Under the pieces are notes generated by a model that did no database searches, had not been told where the DNA came from, and saw nothing but the letters and a program-made list of their open reading frames with translations. The position numbers and the translations under genes are program-made. From Octopus sinensis (Eukaryota), in NCBI RefSeq assembly GCF_006345805.1, contig NC_043004.1, positions 15,810,001 to 15,874,000 on the forward strand: a stretch of 64,000 nucleotides of DNA, given 5' to 3'. Below are positions 40,631 through 52,980 of the stretch, piece by piece (the first letter of the stretch is position 1; every line of letters starts with the position of its first letter).

Positions 40631-41754
40631 TGATTATTATTTCTGTAGTGTTATTGACTATGAGTATTTTTTCTTTACAAAACCGAGCGCCACTGTATGC
40701 TCATGAGACTATTGCAATGGGTCGTTATGTGTGTGTGTGTTTATTTAGGTTTCCTTTCCGTTATTTTAAAAGTAGTCGTCGACATATATGAACATAGTAT
40801 TTAGCTGTGATAGATTTCTCTCTGTTTTTCTATAAAGAGAAATAAATAGTCGAAATCCTATGTGATGGAGTTTTTGTCTGAATCGTTTTTAATCGTTCCC
40901 AATGCAGCTATTATAATTCTGTGATTGATTTTTACCGGTCCTCACTATCCTTTTGTGGTTTGAATTTGTATCAACTGCTGATACTCTATAAACCTGGCAT
41001 TGTTTTCTGTGCACGAAATATCCAATTTATGTATATCCCGTATTGTAAAACAGAAAATTCATTTGTTTTAAAACGAATATCTAGAAACAAATTGATTGAT
41101 TGTTTCTTTGGAATTATCACGCGCATTTATAGCCGCATTGTCAAAAAGCTTATTTCGTAAACATGAGTTTCCTTCTCAGTGCGGAATATCATGAACAGCT
41201 AAATATTTTCCTTCGCTTTGGCTCAACAAAATATTTCTGATTGAAATTTGTTACGTGGAAACTGCGCTGAAGCCCTTTGCATTAATTCACGGAAGACTAT
41301 AAAAGAAGCACCAGGAGCCTAGGTAACCCTTGCAGTTCTACTTTTTGGCATGTATTTGCACAAGGTGTAAAGTCTAAAAATAGCCTCCCCACGTCCTCCA
41401 TACTCATTCAGTGTCAATGTAGAAAGACCCTGTGCGCTGTTTTTCTCGATTTACTTATGTATAAAGTAATATTCTTTATTTTAGAGTTTGTTTTAATTTA
41501 CTTTATTAGTTTCCTGATTTTTTAATAGATATTACTTATAGATTATTATTTTGATTAATTATTAGTCAGTTTCTGGTTTTGTGAGCAAAGAGGAACTTCC
41601 TTTATATGTATCACATTTCTCAGGGCTTTATATATTTATAATTTATGTTATCAGTGTGTAATGATTTCTTAGGCGATTGTTTAACAAGTGTTGTCTATCA
41701 CGTCATTTTATTAAATCGCGATTTCCCTAGAGATATTATGCTTATAATTTTTTT

Positions 41755-42166
41755 TTCTCTCTTTTACTTGTTTCAGTCATTTGTCTGCGGCCGTGCTGGA
41801 GCACCGCCTTTAGTCGAGCAAATTGAACCCAGGACTTATTCTTTGTAAGCCTAGTACTTATATTATCGGACTCTTTTGCCGAACCGCTAAGTTACGGGGA
41901 CTTAAACACACCACCATAAGTTTTCAAGCGATGTTGGAGGGGGATGACAAACACAGACATACAGACATATGCACCCATATACATATATATGTATACATAT
42001 ATACGACGGGCTTCTTTCAGTTTCTTCCTACCAAATCCACTCACAAGACTTTGGTCGGCCCAAGGCTATAGCAGAAGACACTTGCTCAAGGTGCCACGCA
42101 GTGGGAATGAACCCGGAGCCATGTGACTGGTAAGCAAGCTACTAACAAAAGAGCTACTCCTGCGCC
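41755..42166 (-). mobile_element. SINE family A, full length
   Basis: Reverse complement of 30806-31227 along its whole length. Confidence 0.95.
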
Positions 42167-42596
42167 TATATTTAAAATATAATATTTAGAATTCTTATAA
42201 TTTTCTTTTCATTTACTTTTTGTGTCTCTAAGAGTCATAACCCCAACCACTCATTTAATGTCATATGTCCGTTTTATATTTTAAGTTCATATTCCACCGA
42301 AGTAAACTTTGCCACTGATCTTTCCGCACATGATAAATTAAGTACCGTTCAAGCACAGAAGCCGATGTAATCGAATTGCTGCCTCTCATAGAATTTCAGG
42401 CCTTGTGGCTATACTAGAAAGGATTTACTTTTGTTATTCCTTCCTCCTTCCTGATACGTTAAAGTTAAAACTAACTGTTAAACCATTCTTCCTCTATTTG
42501 TTGATTTCCTTCAAGGCAGAAAGTAAGCTTTATAATTTCACATGTCGTAGCTATTTGTATGAATTTCCATTTATCATTTCCTAGTTATTTATTCAG

Positions 42597-42887
42597 TTGT
42601 ACGGTAGAGAGTGTATAACAGATAATGCAACGCAGAAGACACTAATATTCTGCAATCGCGACAAAAATAATCTTACTGAGTCGACGTTTGGTGATATATT
42701 CTGTTTGCACTTTATTGTTCATATTTCTCTGCTTCGAGGTTCTATAGGCTTTAGCTTTCCATTGAGAATATTACAACCTGTTACCGAAACAAATTTATAT
42801 TTGGCACCACTCACCCCACCTCAGACAGAATGGACAGAGCGGTTAAACAGCTTCAATTCTCTCGAGACCAAATGTTCAGCAATATGA
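42597..42887 (+). CDS. Candidate exon, possibly a lobe-2 Venus-flytrap segment
   Basis: Acceptor ttatttattcAG sits exactly at the start of a 96-codon non-repeat ORF. NATQKTLIFC and LRGSIGFSF resemble CaSR NSTAKVIVVF and GGTIGFAL, but the spacing is about 17 aa short and there is no clear donor. Confidence 0.3.
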   Translation: MYGRECITDNATQKTLIFCNRDKNNLTESTFGDIFCLHFIVHISLLRGSIGFSFPLRILQPVTETNLYLAPLTPPQTEWTERLNSFNSLETKCSAI

Positions 42888-43239
42888 TTTTCGCGTAGCT
42901 CAAGGTTTTCTTTTGCCACTTAATGGATTCTTTACGTACTTGATAATTTGAGCTAAATACTTCCCTTGCACTTGACATCAGAGTATATAATTCTTACTAG
43001 CAGGCGAATACCTTTACTAATTTACTTACGTTTGTTTATGGTTCCCTTTTAGGTTGGGAGATTGTCCTTCAGATCACACCGTTATACACTTGATGATTGC
43101 CCTCTCTCTCTCTCCACTCTCTCTCTCTCTCTCTCTCTCTCTGTTCTATCTCCATCTGTCTATCTATCTATTTATTTATCTATTTTTTCTTTCTATCTAT
43201 TTATCTATCTATCAATCTGTCTATCTTTCTCTGAAGCCT

Positions 43240-43720
43240 ACTCTGTGAAATCGAGTATTCCCATGTTTCCACATAAACATCCACTTTCCTATGAACAAAC
43301 TATACATTGTTATATCCAAAATTTTCCAATCGTCAGACTTCCTCTCATTACAGAACTCGAGACCTCGAGTGAATTAGGAAATAAGATTATACCATTATTG
43401 TTTCCTGTAACAGCAAAAACACAATAACTACAAATATCTAGAAAATGCATCCAAATACTCTCGATCTTTAAATTCAAGCAAAATGCAGATAGACTCCCCA
43501 AATTTGCTGCAAATGCCTAATATCAGTGATCATTTCATCCTTGAACTTCATACCTAACAGCATTCAAAGAATTCACCAGAAACATTTACTTTCTCCTTCA
43601 AATATATAAAAAAAAAGCCTGGTACATCATACAAAGACAGCTTATAGAAAGCTCAACTAAAACACTCATAGCTAGGAGGCTTCAGATACTATATAAACAG
43701 ATACCCAAAAGTACATCCAT
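43240..43720 (+). mobile_element. Decayed CR1/L2-type LINE, 3' RT region
   Basis: TRDLE*I (compare VRDLGV), SYKDSL (compare SYEERL) and TLIARRL (compare TLELRRL) occur in order across frameshifts. Confidence 0.4.
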
Positions 43721-43829
43721 AAAGGCTAACTCGTGATCTCTAGACGTACAGTCTCACAGCTATGGCTAATGCTGCCTGTATTACGTCTGCTCCACTGTTC
43801 TGGCTGATTTTGTTTCCTCATGCATGTAT

Positions 43830-44215
43830 TCCCATAGCATTCCTTTCTCTTTTTTCTTCTCATATATATTTTTTTCTCTAGCGACGTTAAACACCAACCA
43901 AACGCCATAGTTCTTCCTTCCAAACACTGTCAAGTATGGTATATTTCGCGGTTGAACTTATGCTTTCTCCACGCTTTCATTCCCATATCACTCTTTCCTC
44001 TTCTTCTTCTCACATATATTTAGTTTATACCAATGTCTAACACTAACCAAATGCCATAGATTTTGCCTTCCAAATACTGCCAGATATTGCAAATTTCCGG
44101 CTGATTTTATGTTTTCTCCACGCTTTAATTCCGATATCACTACACCTTCCTTTTCTTCTTCTCAAATATATTATGTCTATACCAACGTCTACCAATAACC
44201 AAACGCCATAGCTCT
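43830..44215. repeat. Diverged tandem repeat, unit about 150 bp, about 2.6 copies
   Basis: TCTTCTCA.ATATATT and AACCAAA.GCCATAG each recur three times, and TTCTCCACGCTTT twice, at about 150-bp spacing. Confidence 0.8.
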
Positions 44216-46099
44216 TGTAAATTTCTCCTTTTCGTCTACCTTCCTTTATTTATCTTGGATAACGATGGTAATAGACTATTCGTATGAAGGAGGTGCGGAG
44301 CATTTTATTGTCGTTTCTTAGTAATTGTGCTGAGTTGGAAAGATTCATTTCGAACACAAACAACGCCGAAACTACTTCATAAAATCTCATATCATGGTGT
44401 AAATATTTTCAAATAACAAAGTTTGAATATTGAAATACGAAAATGTTACTAGTATAGGAACCCGTATAATAATTGGTTAGATCAAAACAAAGAATACTCT
44501 ACCACGAAAATTTACTTTTCGAAAACATTAACTTATAGAACTATGCAAAGTTGTGACTCATTTCCCTTATCTAATAGCAGCAACAACAACGAAAGAAAAA
44601 CAACATCGAGAAGAAAAAAGAAAGAAAACCAACAACAGGAACAGAAACACGAAGAAAAAGAAAAAGAGAGGAGTAAAGAAGAAGAAGAAGAAGAAGAAGA
44701 AGAATTATTGGAGATACAAGTTAACGAAGCTGATGGTATTGGTAATTATATAGGTGAATAAATATAGAGAATTTCTGATTTATATGTTTTAAAAAATCTA
44801 TAAAATGATTATTCCAATTTTTTTTAGCAATTCTATCATTGAAAATCACGGCATCTGTAATGGGTGGATGATTTCATTTTAGGAAAATCAATCAACAATT
44901 ATTATATGGGTCGTTAATATGTCCTAACTAAAAGAGGTGGAACAATTCTAAAGAAAACACGAGAAATTAACTACAAAGTTTAAAATGTTTAACGATGGTG
45001 AATTACTTAAGGTGGTAGGTATTTGCTAAAAGTGTGGGAAGGAATCTTTCGGATTCCTAACGAAAAGGCAACGTTTTTGCAAATGTAGAAGGGTTTCCAA
45101 ATTTGGGTTGCATTTATAAAAGGGGGAGGAGCGGTCGGTCGGGAATGAGTAACCACTTAAAATTGAGTGAATAGAAATAACTTCTTTCTCCTCATTAGTA
45201 ACTGATGCTTAGCGGAATTTCTTTTGACTCATTACTTTCTGATTTCAAATCCTGCCGCTCCCAAGTTTGCCTTAATTTATTTCTGGATCAATAAAATAAA
45301 GCACCAGTCAAGTCAAATCACTGATCTAATTCGCTTGTCTATACCATTCAACAAGTGCTTGATTTTAAGCCTGAAACAAACTAGCTTCCCGTTCAGGAGG
45401 AGGAATGCCTGTTCTGATTTTAGTAACTTAAGAGCCATGGGAACCAAATAATCGGCTTTTTGAAACCTAGGTTCGAGAAAGATGTATTACGAACAGATTT
45501 TGTTGTGCTAATGTAACAGCAACTGCAACAATTATAATAATTTGTTTAAAATCCACGAGGATATGAAGAGGTTTTTTTTTTTTTCATATTGAAAAATGTT
45601 AAACAGGACAATTTAAATCATTGTGAATTCCACGTTATAAGAGAAGGTACGTAGGAAAGCGATACAGTTTACCCGCAAATGAATGCTAATATAAATGTAT
45701 GGCAGACCGCGACAAAATCAACAAAAGCTATAACCTACATGGTTAATGTTCCGTTGAATGTATAATTATCTCTGTATTTACTGCTTTATTGCATTAAAAA
45801 CAACTAAAAAATACAGCATATCCGCACGTATTTGAGAAATGTTTCCTGAGTTTGCTGATTATGAGAAGAGTAGAGTAATTTATCACAACATAAAACAAAT
45901 TTAAGCTAACATGAAATGCTTTATTGAAAAGTTAAGAAACATTAAAGACGAATTAACACAGTCTTCACAATATCTGAAACGCGTGAAATATTTATCAAGT
46001 TTAACATTTTAAACTTAAATGACAGCTGGTTTTTAGTACGAGCTTTAGCAGAAAGAACCGCTGTTATAATTAATTTAGAAATGTTTCTCCGTCTACATA

Positions 46100-46319
46100 A
46101 CTACTACTACTGCTGCTGCTGCTGCTACAACTTCTACTACTACTACTGCTACTACTATTTTTGCTGCTGCTGCTACTTCTACTGCTACTACTACTGTTGC
46201 TACAACTACTACTAATTTTGCTTCTGCCACCACTGTTACTACTACTAACTCCACAACGGCAACCACAACCAATTACACCCTCAGTATTGTTACCACTGCC
46301 TGTATCTCTGCTGCGGCTG

Positions 46320-46352
<33 letters not shown>

Positions 46353-46400
46353 ATAGTGAGCATACCGTTGATGATGATGGTGATGGCGCCGATGGAGTTG
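46100..46400. repeat. Compound (CTA)/(CTG)/(GAT) trinucleotide low-complexity tract
   Basis: Direct reading. Confidence 0.85.
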
Positions 46401-46499
46401 ATGTTACAAGGTACGTAATAATTGGCCACTGACATTTCAGAAGTTTGAAAGAGAAAAACGACTATTTTGTTTTCACATATCCATTAATAACACAAGTAA

Positions 46500-46739
46500 T
46501 TTCCCTGGCAGAATCGTTTGCTCGTTGGAAAAAATGCTTAGCGATATTTCGTCCGTCGCTACGATCTGAGCCCAAATTCTGCCGAGGTGGACGTTGCTTT
46601 TCATCCTTTCGGGGTCGATAAAATAAGTACAAGTTGAACACCAGGATTGATGCAATCGACGCATTCCTTCCCCACCAACATTGTTGTGCTAGAGGCAAAA
46701 TCTGAAATTATTATTATTATCATCATCATCATCCTCATC

Positions 46740-46771
<32 letters not shown>

Positions 46772-47115
46772 CATCATCATCATTATTATTACTGGGGTCA
46801 ACGTAATCGACCAGTCCCCTACCCACAACTTTATGGCTTTGTGCCTAAAGCAGAAAGGAATACTATTACTATTATAGCAAAGACGGTGAGTTAGCAGCAC
46901 AATCATTTGCACGCCGGACAAAATGATTACCGATTTTCGTCCGCCTTTAAGTTGTGAATTCGTATACCACCGAGTTCAAATTTGCCTATCATCTTTTCGG
47001 GGCCAATGCAATATATACCAGACGAGGGCTGAAGTCGATGTTCTTGACTAGGCTCTACTTCAAAATTCTAGGCCTTGTGACTATACTAGTAAGGATTATT
47101 ATCATTATTTTTATT
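46500..47115 (+). mobile_element. Cluster of SINE family B copies with (CAT)n/(ATT)n tails
   Basis: Heads at about 46505 and 46885, core CATCCTTTCGGGGTCGATAAAATAAGTAC, and tails GGCCTTGTG.CTA.A.TAG.AAGGATTATT. Confidence 0.8.
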
Positions 47116-47359
47116 ATTAAATTTGCACTACTTATACATGTGTTTTTATACCATGCTAAATCTGCCATCACAATGATTATGGGGCAAGTCTCTTTAGTGT
47201 TTTTGAAATGCTTTAAGAGGCTTTAAGAATCTCAAGAATTACAGTGCACTAGAACGAACTGATACAACTCTGTGTATGTGAATGTATATGTGTGTGGTTG
47301 CATGGGTGTGTGTGTATGTGACAGAGAAAGAGAAAGAGAGAGAGAGAGAGAGAGAATGT

Positions 47360-47391
<32 letters not shown>

Positions 47392-47619
47392 TTGTGCATG
47401 CAGGTGTTTGCGTGAATATATATGTTTCATTTAGTACACACTTACCCGATCGACGTCCATCTATAAATTCAATGGAGATAAACTGCATAGCTTGTTCGGT
47501 GTATCGTGTAATTTAACTTTGGCGACGTCAGCTGAATTACATAGAATCCCTACTGTCAGAGAATACCTGGGTAAGTGTGCGCGTGTGTTTGTACCTATGC
47601 AAATATATAACTTATACAC

Positions 47620-47873
<254 letters not shown>

Positions 47874-48734
47874 TGTGTATGCAGGGTGTTCATGTGTTGT
47901 GTGCGTCTATGTTGGTATATATGTATGTATTGATAGATAGATAAATAAATAAATAAAGATAGATAGATAGATAGATCGACAGACAGACAAACGATGGTGA
48001 GTGAAGCAAACACATTTTCATAATCAGCAATATTTCCATTGGTATCATAAACTGATGTCATTGTTATCATGTTTCTTTCATCTTCTTTAGATTTGTGTAT
48101 CGCTCTACAGTGTCTGTCACTTTGTATTTAAAGATACATTCTCACTATAGATACGCCATGACAATTACTGCTCATTCTACAAGAGATCTATGACAGCCTT
48201 GTAATGCTGAATCTGACACTAGAAGTAAATCATCGGTGACAGAATATCAATTCTACGTTGTCCAACTTCATGTACTCCTTGCTTGCTATTCCTCGTTTAA
48301 TCTTCCCTTCATACTTTCTCCCAATTCTCGTTTATATCCGCTACACTGTGAAAGCCTGTCGAACCTGTCTTAAAAGCACGCTGGATCATTCGAAAATAAA
48401 CCCGGCTTCTGAAACATAAGTACTGTTCCCTATTGTCGCTTATGCATTTGCTCATAAAAAATATTAAAAAACTCACCGAGATTTTACTTTGTTGTCGTAA
48501 TTGTACTTCTGTCTCTGTCTCCTGACATTCATCCAAGACCACCTCCTCTTCAATGACTTCCGAATTTTTGACTTGATATTGTGTCATCTGCTTCATTCAA
48601 CAATAAATATAACACAAATAGTTTACTTCTTAGGTACAATCGTGGCACAGTAACTAATAGACACGAGTATGAATATTATCTGCCTTATTCTATTTTGCAT
48701 TCTTTGCTCTACTCACCAATATAAGATATACGTT

Positions 48735-49120
48735 TATAATCTTTTCTACTCTAGGCGTAAGGCCCGAAGGGGTGCTGCAGTCGATAAGATCAACCCATAT
48801 ACGCAAATGGTATTTAATTTATCAATCCCGAAAGTATGAAATGCCAAGTCGACCTCGGCAGAATTTGAACTCAGAACATAAAGACGGAAGACAGACGAAA
48901 TACCCGTAAGCGTTTCGCCCGGTGTGCTAACGTTTCCTATTTCTTTATTGCCCACAATGTGCTAAACATAGAGGGGAGAAACAAGGACAGACAAGGGGAT
49001 TAAGTCGATTACATCGACCCCAGTGCGTAACTGGTACTTAATATATCGACCCTGAAAGTATGAAAAGCAAAGTCGACATCAGCGGAATACCGCTAAGTTT
49101 CTGCCAGCTCGCCGCCTTAA
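48735..49120 (-). mobile_element. Two nested or adjacent SINE family B copies
   Basis: Two cores (AAGTCGACCTCGGCAGAATTTGAACTCAG at about 48850 and ATCGACCCAGTGCGTAACTGGTAC at about 49015) and a tail ATTTCTTTATTGCCCAC. Confidence 0.8.
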
Positions 49121-49639
49121 TATACGTTTATAATACCGCTTTTCCTTTCTATTGTTGTTAAACATGTGAAATATACAAGTTATGTAAACATATGTGGCTG
49201 TATCTTCATACGTGAGTTGCTATAGTTCTTTTTCCTACACATTTCAGAACGATTAATCCCTTAGGTCAATTTACTGAAAAGCAAAGCTTTACAAATACGG
49301 TATTTCTTTTTTATGGTTATTAAATGGAAGTTAGAGAACCTTAACAGGAGCTTAAGTTTGTACAACTTTAAAATGTCCATTGAAAGTGAAATGAAATCTC
49401 CCGGAAAAATGCAATAGTTTCTACTAATTTCCATGAGGAGTTAAGGTACGTTATCGAAACGGTTTTACATGCCTCAACAAGTGTATATAAACGCAGAAAA
49501 TAAATTACACATCATTTTTCCAATGCATACAGAGGGCTTGGACTAAATTTAGACAGAAAAAAAAGAAAGAAAACACAATAACCCTCCGAAAAATAATAGT
49601 ATTTGAAAAAATCAAAACATATCAAGTACATTATTGTCG

Positions 49640-50230
49640 GTTTGTAACAGTTTTTTTCAAAGCAGCCAGCTTCAACAACAGCTTCAAGACGGAACCAGAA
49701 GCGTGCATTCTTCACTGTATCCATGGGAAAATCTTCGAACATCTCCTTGATCTCAGTTAGCAGCTCGACTTTGGTTTTTCGGGAAGAGCGTTTGCTATTT
49801 TTCTCAGCCGTCCACCACACAGTAATCCTTGGGATGAAAAATTGAAGAAAACAGAAGGATAGAAATAGAGGCTGGTGAAGTTGTAGAATTTCTACATCAA
49901 ACACTTCTGGCACTTTCTGGATGCATGACAAGCAGCCGAAACATGCAGCCACACATATGGCTTTCCAGCAGTAACCCTCTCCAGCTACAGTTTGATCACA
50001 GTCCCCCGCAGCCTCACATAATCAACTGAATTGAACCTACGGCTGTGTTCATCAGTTGCTGGAAGAATTCAGGCGTGTGGACGTAGTCAGAACGCTTCAA
50101 TTCCTGCTGGCTGCGGTTTTGTAGACTCCTTTGCAAATGTCCATGTCACATCTTAAATAACATACAGTGTTTGCAACGAATAGAAATGTCGTCTTAATGT
50201 CCACATTAATGTCCCCAGCGTGAATCGTAT
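49640..50230 (-). mobile_element. Decayed Tc1/mariner-superfamily (maT-like) transposase
   Basis: Minus frames give LERVTAGKPYVWLHVSAACH (compare WQQDSAPCH), KFYNFTS and KTKVELLTEIKEMFEDFPMDTVKNA..RLEAVVEAG. Confidence 0.7.
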
Positions 50231-50874
50231 TTTTTAATGTTCACATGATTTCGACTTTTCCACATCAGGTAAATTTTTCCCAGATACAAATTAAATCTTT
50301 ACATTTCCAGTGCTGTTGAATGTTCACTAATACATGACGCATTTCTCGAAAAGCAAAAAGCAGACATAAGAAAATCGTCAAATTCAGCCCAAACACACGG
50401 AATAGGCCTGTTGGATATGAAGTAGATCCATTCCGTAGTAAATGCGGTGGTGCGTATCAATTGAACGAGTATCTGTTACAGCGATCAGCTTGATATGATT
50501 ACAACATGATAAACCCTATGCGGAAATCCACCGATCTCATCAGGATGTGAGGATCGTGCTAATAGTAGATTCATTGTGTAGAAACATATTTTTCCTTATC
50601 TTGCTCAGTGAGAAGCTACCTGAACGTGTATGAATGCATGGATGTATATATGGATTGTTGCATCTATACATACATGCATACATACATACTCACATATTTA
50701 CACACATGCACACATACATTTAAATAAATGCAGGTACGCATCTCCACATGCACAATACGCATAAGCCTTGGCTACAGTATATATGAAATACATTTTACAT
50801 TTGTGAGAGTGCATATTGTGCATGCATGCATATATAAATATGTATATATCTGTATGTTATGTATATATCTGTAC

Positions 50875-50918
<44 letters not shown>

Positions 50919-50932
50919 ATATATTATATATA

Positions 50933-50985
<53 letters not shown>

Positions 50986-51038
50986 TGAAAAACAAGTAAA
51001 AAATAGAAAATGCTAAAATAATTTTATAGTGAACATTT

Positions 51039-51075
51039 CAGTACCGGTTTCGGTCATTTTGAGACCTTTCAACTG
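51039..51075 (-). ncRNA. Hammerhead-like motif with a variant, 1-nt-short first core box
   Basis: Minus strand: CAG-TTGAAA-GGTC(TCAAAAT)GACC-GAAA-CCGG-T-A-CTG, with palindromic stem III ACCGGT. Confidence 0.45.
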
Positions 51076-51151
51076 TAAACGATTAAATAATTAATTTAGA
51101 AAAATAGAAAAAAGTATATGTATATATATATATGTATATATATTCATACAC

Positions 51152-51328
51152 TAGGAGCATGTGTGGCTGTCTGGTAATTAGCTTGCTTATAAACCACATG
51201 GTTCTGGGTTCAGTCCCACCGCGTGGCACCTTGGGCAAGTGTCTTCTACTATAACCTCGGCTCGACCAAAGGTTTGTGAGTGGATTTGGCAGATGGCAAC
51301 TGAAAGAAGCCCGTCGTATATATGTATG

Positions 51329-51406
<78 letters not shown>

Positions 51407-51601
51407 TGTGTGTGGTTGTTCTTTTGTGTGTGTTGGTGTGTCTGTGTTTGTCACCCGAAATCGGTGGACAAGCGATGCTGGTGTGTTTGCGACAAAAGAG
51501 ACCGATCGTATGAGTACTAGGCTTACAAAGAATAAATCCTGGTGTTGATTTGCTCGACTAAAGGCTAGCCGCAGTCAAATAACTGAAACAAGTAAAAGAG
51601 T
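51152..51601 (+). mobile_element. SINE family A
   Basis: Head GGAGCATGTGTGGCTGTCTGG through to tail CTGAAACAAGTAAAAGAGTA. Confidence 0.9.
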
Positions 51602-51619
51602 ATATATATAGTTGTTGTC

Positions 51620-51684
<65 letters not shown>

Positions 51685-51778
51685 CAAATATTATTGAGAC
51701 AAAAACCACTATTTTGCAAAACAAACAAGGAAAGACTTAATCAATACATAAAATTTAATAAATAGTCAACAAAAACCG

Positions 51779-51821
51779 CCACTACAATCGTTTCTTGTCT
51801 TGATCGACAATCTTCAGGTGG
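51779..51821 (-). ncRNA. Minimal type I hammerhead motif (inverted copy of 52209-52251)
   Basis: Exact reverse complement of 52209-52251. Confidence 0.75.
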
Positions 51822-51869
51822 ACTTCCAATAATTCAGTTACAAACCACACACACTCACACACACAACAC

Positions 51870-51906
<37 letters not shown>

Positions 51907-52208
51907 GTATATATATATACATACATATATACGACGGGCTTCTTTCAGTTGCCATCTGCCAAATCCACTCACAAACCTTTGGTCGAGCCGAGGTTATAGT
52001 AGAAGACACTTGCCCAAGGTGCCACGCGGTGGGACTGAACCCAAACCATTGGTTTTATAAGCAAGCTAATACCAGACAGCCACACATGCTCCTATGTGTA
52101 TGAATATATATACAATATATATATACATATACTTTTCTTCTAATTTTTCTAAATTTAATTATTTAATCGTTATGAAGCACTTCATAATTGAACTGAATTA
52201 TTGGAAGT

Positions 52209-52251
52209 CCACCTGAAGATTGTCGATCAAGACAAGAAACGATTGTAGTGG
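52209..52251 (+). ncRNA. Minimal type I hammerhead ribozyme motif, intact core
   Basis: CCAC-CTGAAGA-TTGTC(GATCAA)GACAA-GAAA-CGATTG-T-A-GTGG. ACGAUUGU is self-complementary when G-U pairs are allowed. Confidence 0.8.
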
Positions 52252-52430
52252 CGGTTTTTTTTGACTATTTATTAAATTTTATGTATGATTAAGTTTTCCT
52301 TGTTGTTTTGCAAAATAGTGGTTTTGTCTCAAATAATATTTTATAATATTTTACTATAAATATGGATTTAATCCTAAATCTGATTTTTTTCCCTGTAAAT
52401 TTGGATATATTCCCTAATATTTATTATTAT

Positions 52431-52462
<32 letters not shown>

Positions 52463-52577
52463 CTTACTCAAACACGCACGCACAATAGGAGATATATAGA
52501 TAGATAGGGAGATACATAAGTAGATAGACTGCCAGACATACAAACAGCCTGGCAGACAGACTGATAGATAGAAATAT

Positions 52578-52689
<112 letters not shown>

Positions 52690-52941
52690 GCAATTTATAC
52701 ACATGTTTATGTGAACATTCCTATATGTATGTATTATACAAGAGCCAATAGTTTAAGATGACCTAGCTTGCAGTAAATTCAATGCATTATAGCAATGGAA
52801 AAACGCATTTCCTCCATCTTTCTTTCACACACTCACTGTATAAGTGTGTTTATTTGGGTATTATGCAGATGCATGCATATGCCTATGTATACCCATGTGT
52901 CCGCATATATATATATATATGTGTGTGTGTGTGTATGTATG

Positions 52942-52980
<39 letters not shown>

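Larger units (their letters stand above)
51680..52430 (+). mobile_element. Hammerhead-bearing Penelope-like end (52173-52430) with an inverted partial copy (51680-51839) enclosing an inverted copy of 51079-51418
   Basis: Manual alignment: 51680-51839 is the reverse complement of about 52191-52345, and 51840-52172 is the reverse complement of 51079-51418. Confidence 0.8.

Noticed and set aside
43230-43560. SYEQ and MQIDSPNLL peptides resembling the end of an mGluR flytrap domain
   Set aside because: The same DNA is better explained as a CR1/L2-type RT remnant. It also shows how easily short by-eye matches mislead.
48309-48596. ORF with ISDNREQY, similar to integrase SDNG
   Set aside because: No other integrase motifs are in register.
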